Origin: an uncultured Polyangiales bacterium
GTDB lineage: Bacteria; Myxococcota_A; Polyangia; Polyangiales; GCA-016699535
Assembly: GCA_964640175.1 (NCBI GenBank)
Contig: CAZXFW010000010.1
Location: 30,638-94,637 of the forward strand
Reading direction: 5' to 3'
Length of the DNA: 64,000 nucleotides
A program made the translations under genes and the position numbers. The notes below the pieces were generated by a model. The model searched no databases. It saw only the letters and a program-made list of their open reading frames with translations, and had not been told where the DNA came from. This document shows positions 62,850 through 64,000 of the stretch, in pieces. The stretch's first letter is position 1. Each line of letters starts with the position of its first letter.

Positions 62850-64000
62850 TCAGGCAGGAAGGCCTTTTCTGCAAACGTCGTTTACAGCATGGCAAAACCT
62901 GTCGAGTTCTTCGGTGGTTGTAAATATGTGTGGAGAGATGCGTAACCCCTGGAACTCATCGTGGATCATCAGTCCGGTGAAGATGCGATGGGTGTTGAGC
63001 AAATATGTATAGAGGGCACGGGTATCGATGCCGTCGAGGTAGAAGGTAGCCATGGCGCATGACGCCGTATTGTCCATAGGCGTAAGAAAACGCACGCGTG
63101 TTTCTTTCTTGAGTCGGCTGATCCAATAGTTCTTGAGGTAGCGCAAGCGTGCGGCGATGCGTGCTCTACCGACTTCTCGATGAAACACGAGGGCTTCGCC
63201 AATGGCCAGGGTTGGGGCAATGGAATGAGTGCCAATTTCTTCGAACTTCCGGATGTCAGAGGCTTGTTTTTTGTCTGCGGCCATAAGGGGCCAAATAGTT
63301 GAAATTTTTGATTTTTTTACGTAAAGAAGCCCTGTGCCTTTAGGCGCGCCCAGCCATTTGTGCAAACTGGTGCCAAAATAATCGCAGCTAAGATCGGACT
63401 GTCTGAACTCGAACTGTCCAAACGAGTGGGCCCCATCCACGATGACTTCGATGCCGCGGGCTTGTCCCAACGAGCACAGTTGTTTCACGGGTAAAATGGT
63501 GCCCGTTAAGTTAATCTGATGGGACACTAATATCAGTTTGGTGTTGGGCGTGATGGCAGCTTCAAACGCCTTAACGACATCGTGAGGACTGAGGATAGGA
63601 ACCTCGAGTTTAATGGTCGTGACCCGTAACCCTTCACGTGTTTCACGCTGGCGCAGCGTATTGAGCATGCGTGGATAGTCCTGTGTGGTTGTCAGGATTT
63701 CATCCCCTGTCCGTAGGTTCATGCCCATCAAAAGAATTTCTAAGGACTCAGAGGCGCTGCGAGTTAATGCAATTTCTTCTTTGTCGCACCCAAACATTTC
63801 TGCCATGCCCGCGCGAATCGCTTCTCGCTGGGGCGTTAGAACGTTCCAGATCATGTAAGGGGGGCAGTCTTCTTGTTGCCATTGGTAGCGTGTCAGGGCT
63901 TCGGTGACGATTCTTGGTGAGGCGCCGATGCCGCCGTTATTAAGATTGACCATGCCGCGGGTTACGGAAAAGGCGTTCTGAATCACAAACCAAAAGCGTT
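62850..64000 (-). CDS. Class V aminotransferase (isopenicillin-N epimerase-like), 5' end beyond window
   Basis: VDGAH, YFGTSLHKW (PLP Lys), GLRISPHIF; frame stays open upstream of 63986. Confidence 0.88.
   Translation of the reverse strand, partial: RFWFVIQNAFSVTRGMVNLNNGGIGASPRIVTEALTRYQWQQEDCPPYMIWNVLTPQREAIRAGMAEMFGCDKEEIALTRSASESLEILLMGMNLRTGDEILTTTQDYPRMLNTLRQRETREGLRVTTIKLEVPILSPHDVVKAFEAAITPNTKLILVSHQINLTGTILPVKQLCSLGQARGIEVIVDGAHSFGQFEFRQSDLSCDYFGTSLHKWLGAPKGTGLLYVKKSKISTIWPLMAADKKQASDIRKFEEIGTHSIAPTLAIGEALVFHREVGRARIAARLRYLKNYWISRLKKETRVRFLTPMDNTASCAMATFYLDGIDTRALYTYLLNTHRIFTGLMIHDEFQGLRISPHIFTTTEELDRFCHAVNDVCRKGLPA

Overview
Bacterial chromosome segment. The gene content (membrane Ser/Thr kinases, Cys-rich lipoproteins, a TIGR02147-like gene, imelysin, rplM-rpsI-argC order) suggests a Myxococcota/deltaproteobacterial organism; this is inference. 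Both flanks are mostly housekeeping. Left: argC, rpsI, rplM, plsB-like, rlmE, an orphan rplC, tatD, metG, holB, mazG, epmA, efp, deoC. Right: tmRNA, a NAGS/K-type argA-like gene, ahpC, infA, a phosphohexomutase. The centre (about 27.6-53 kb) is accessory. It holds a tonB-imelysin-HTTM-TonB-dependent receptor operon with two Fur-like boxes. This is followed by a candidate new RiPP locus: radical SAM, stand-alone PqqD/RRE, HPr-kinase-like kinase, methyltransferase and an 85-aa precursor ending in five CMPxT-type repeats. Beyond that is a mosaic of pseudogene scraps, an ArsR-SRPBCC pair, TIGR02147-like gene plus lipoproteins, a cecR-ybhGFSR-type efflux operon, hicBA, and a duplicated tmRNA 3' end (att-like scar). 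A second notable gene is an ECF-sigma-like/Ser-Thr kinase/TM/coiled-coil fusion at 22.7-25.0 kb. No CRISPR array, rRNA, tRNA, integrase or transposase was recognised. All family calls come from motif recognition by eye; no database search was run.
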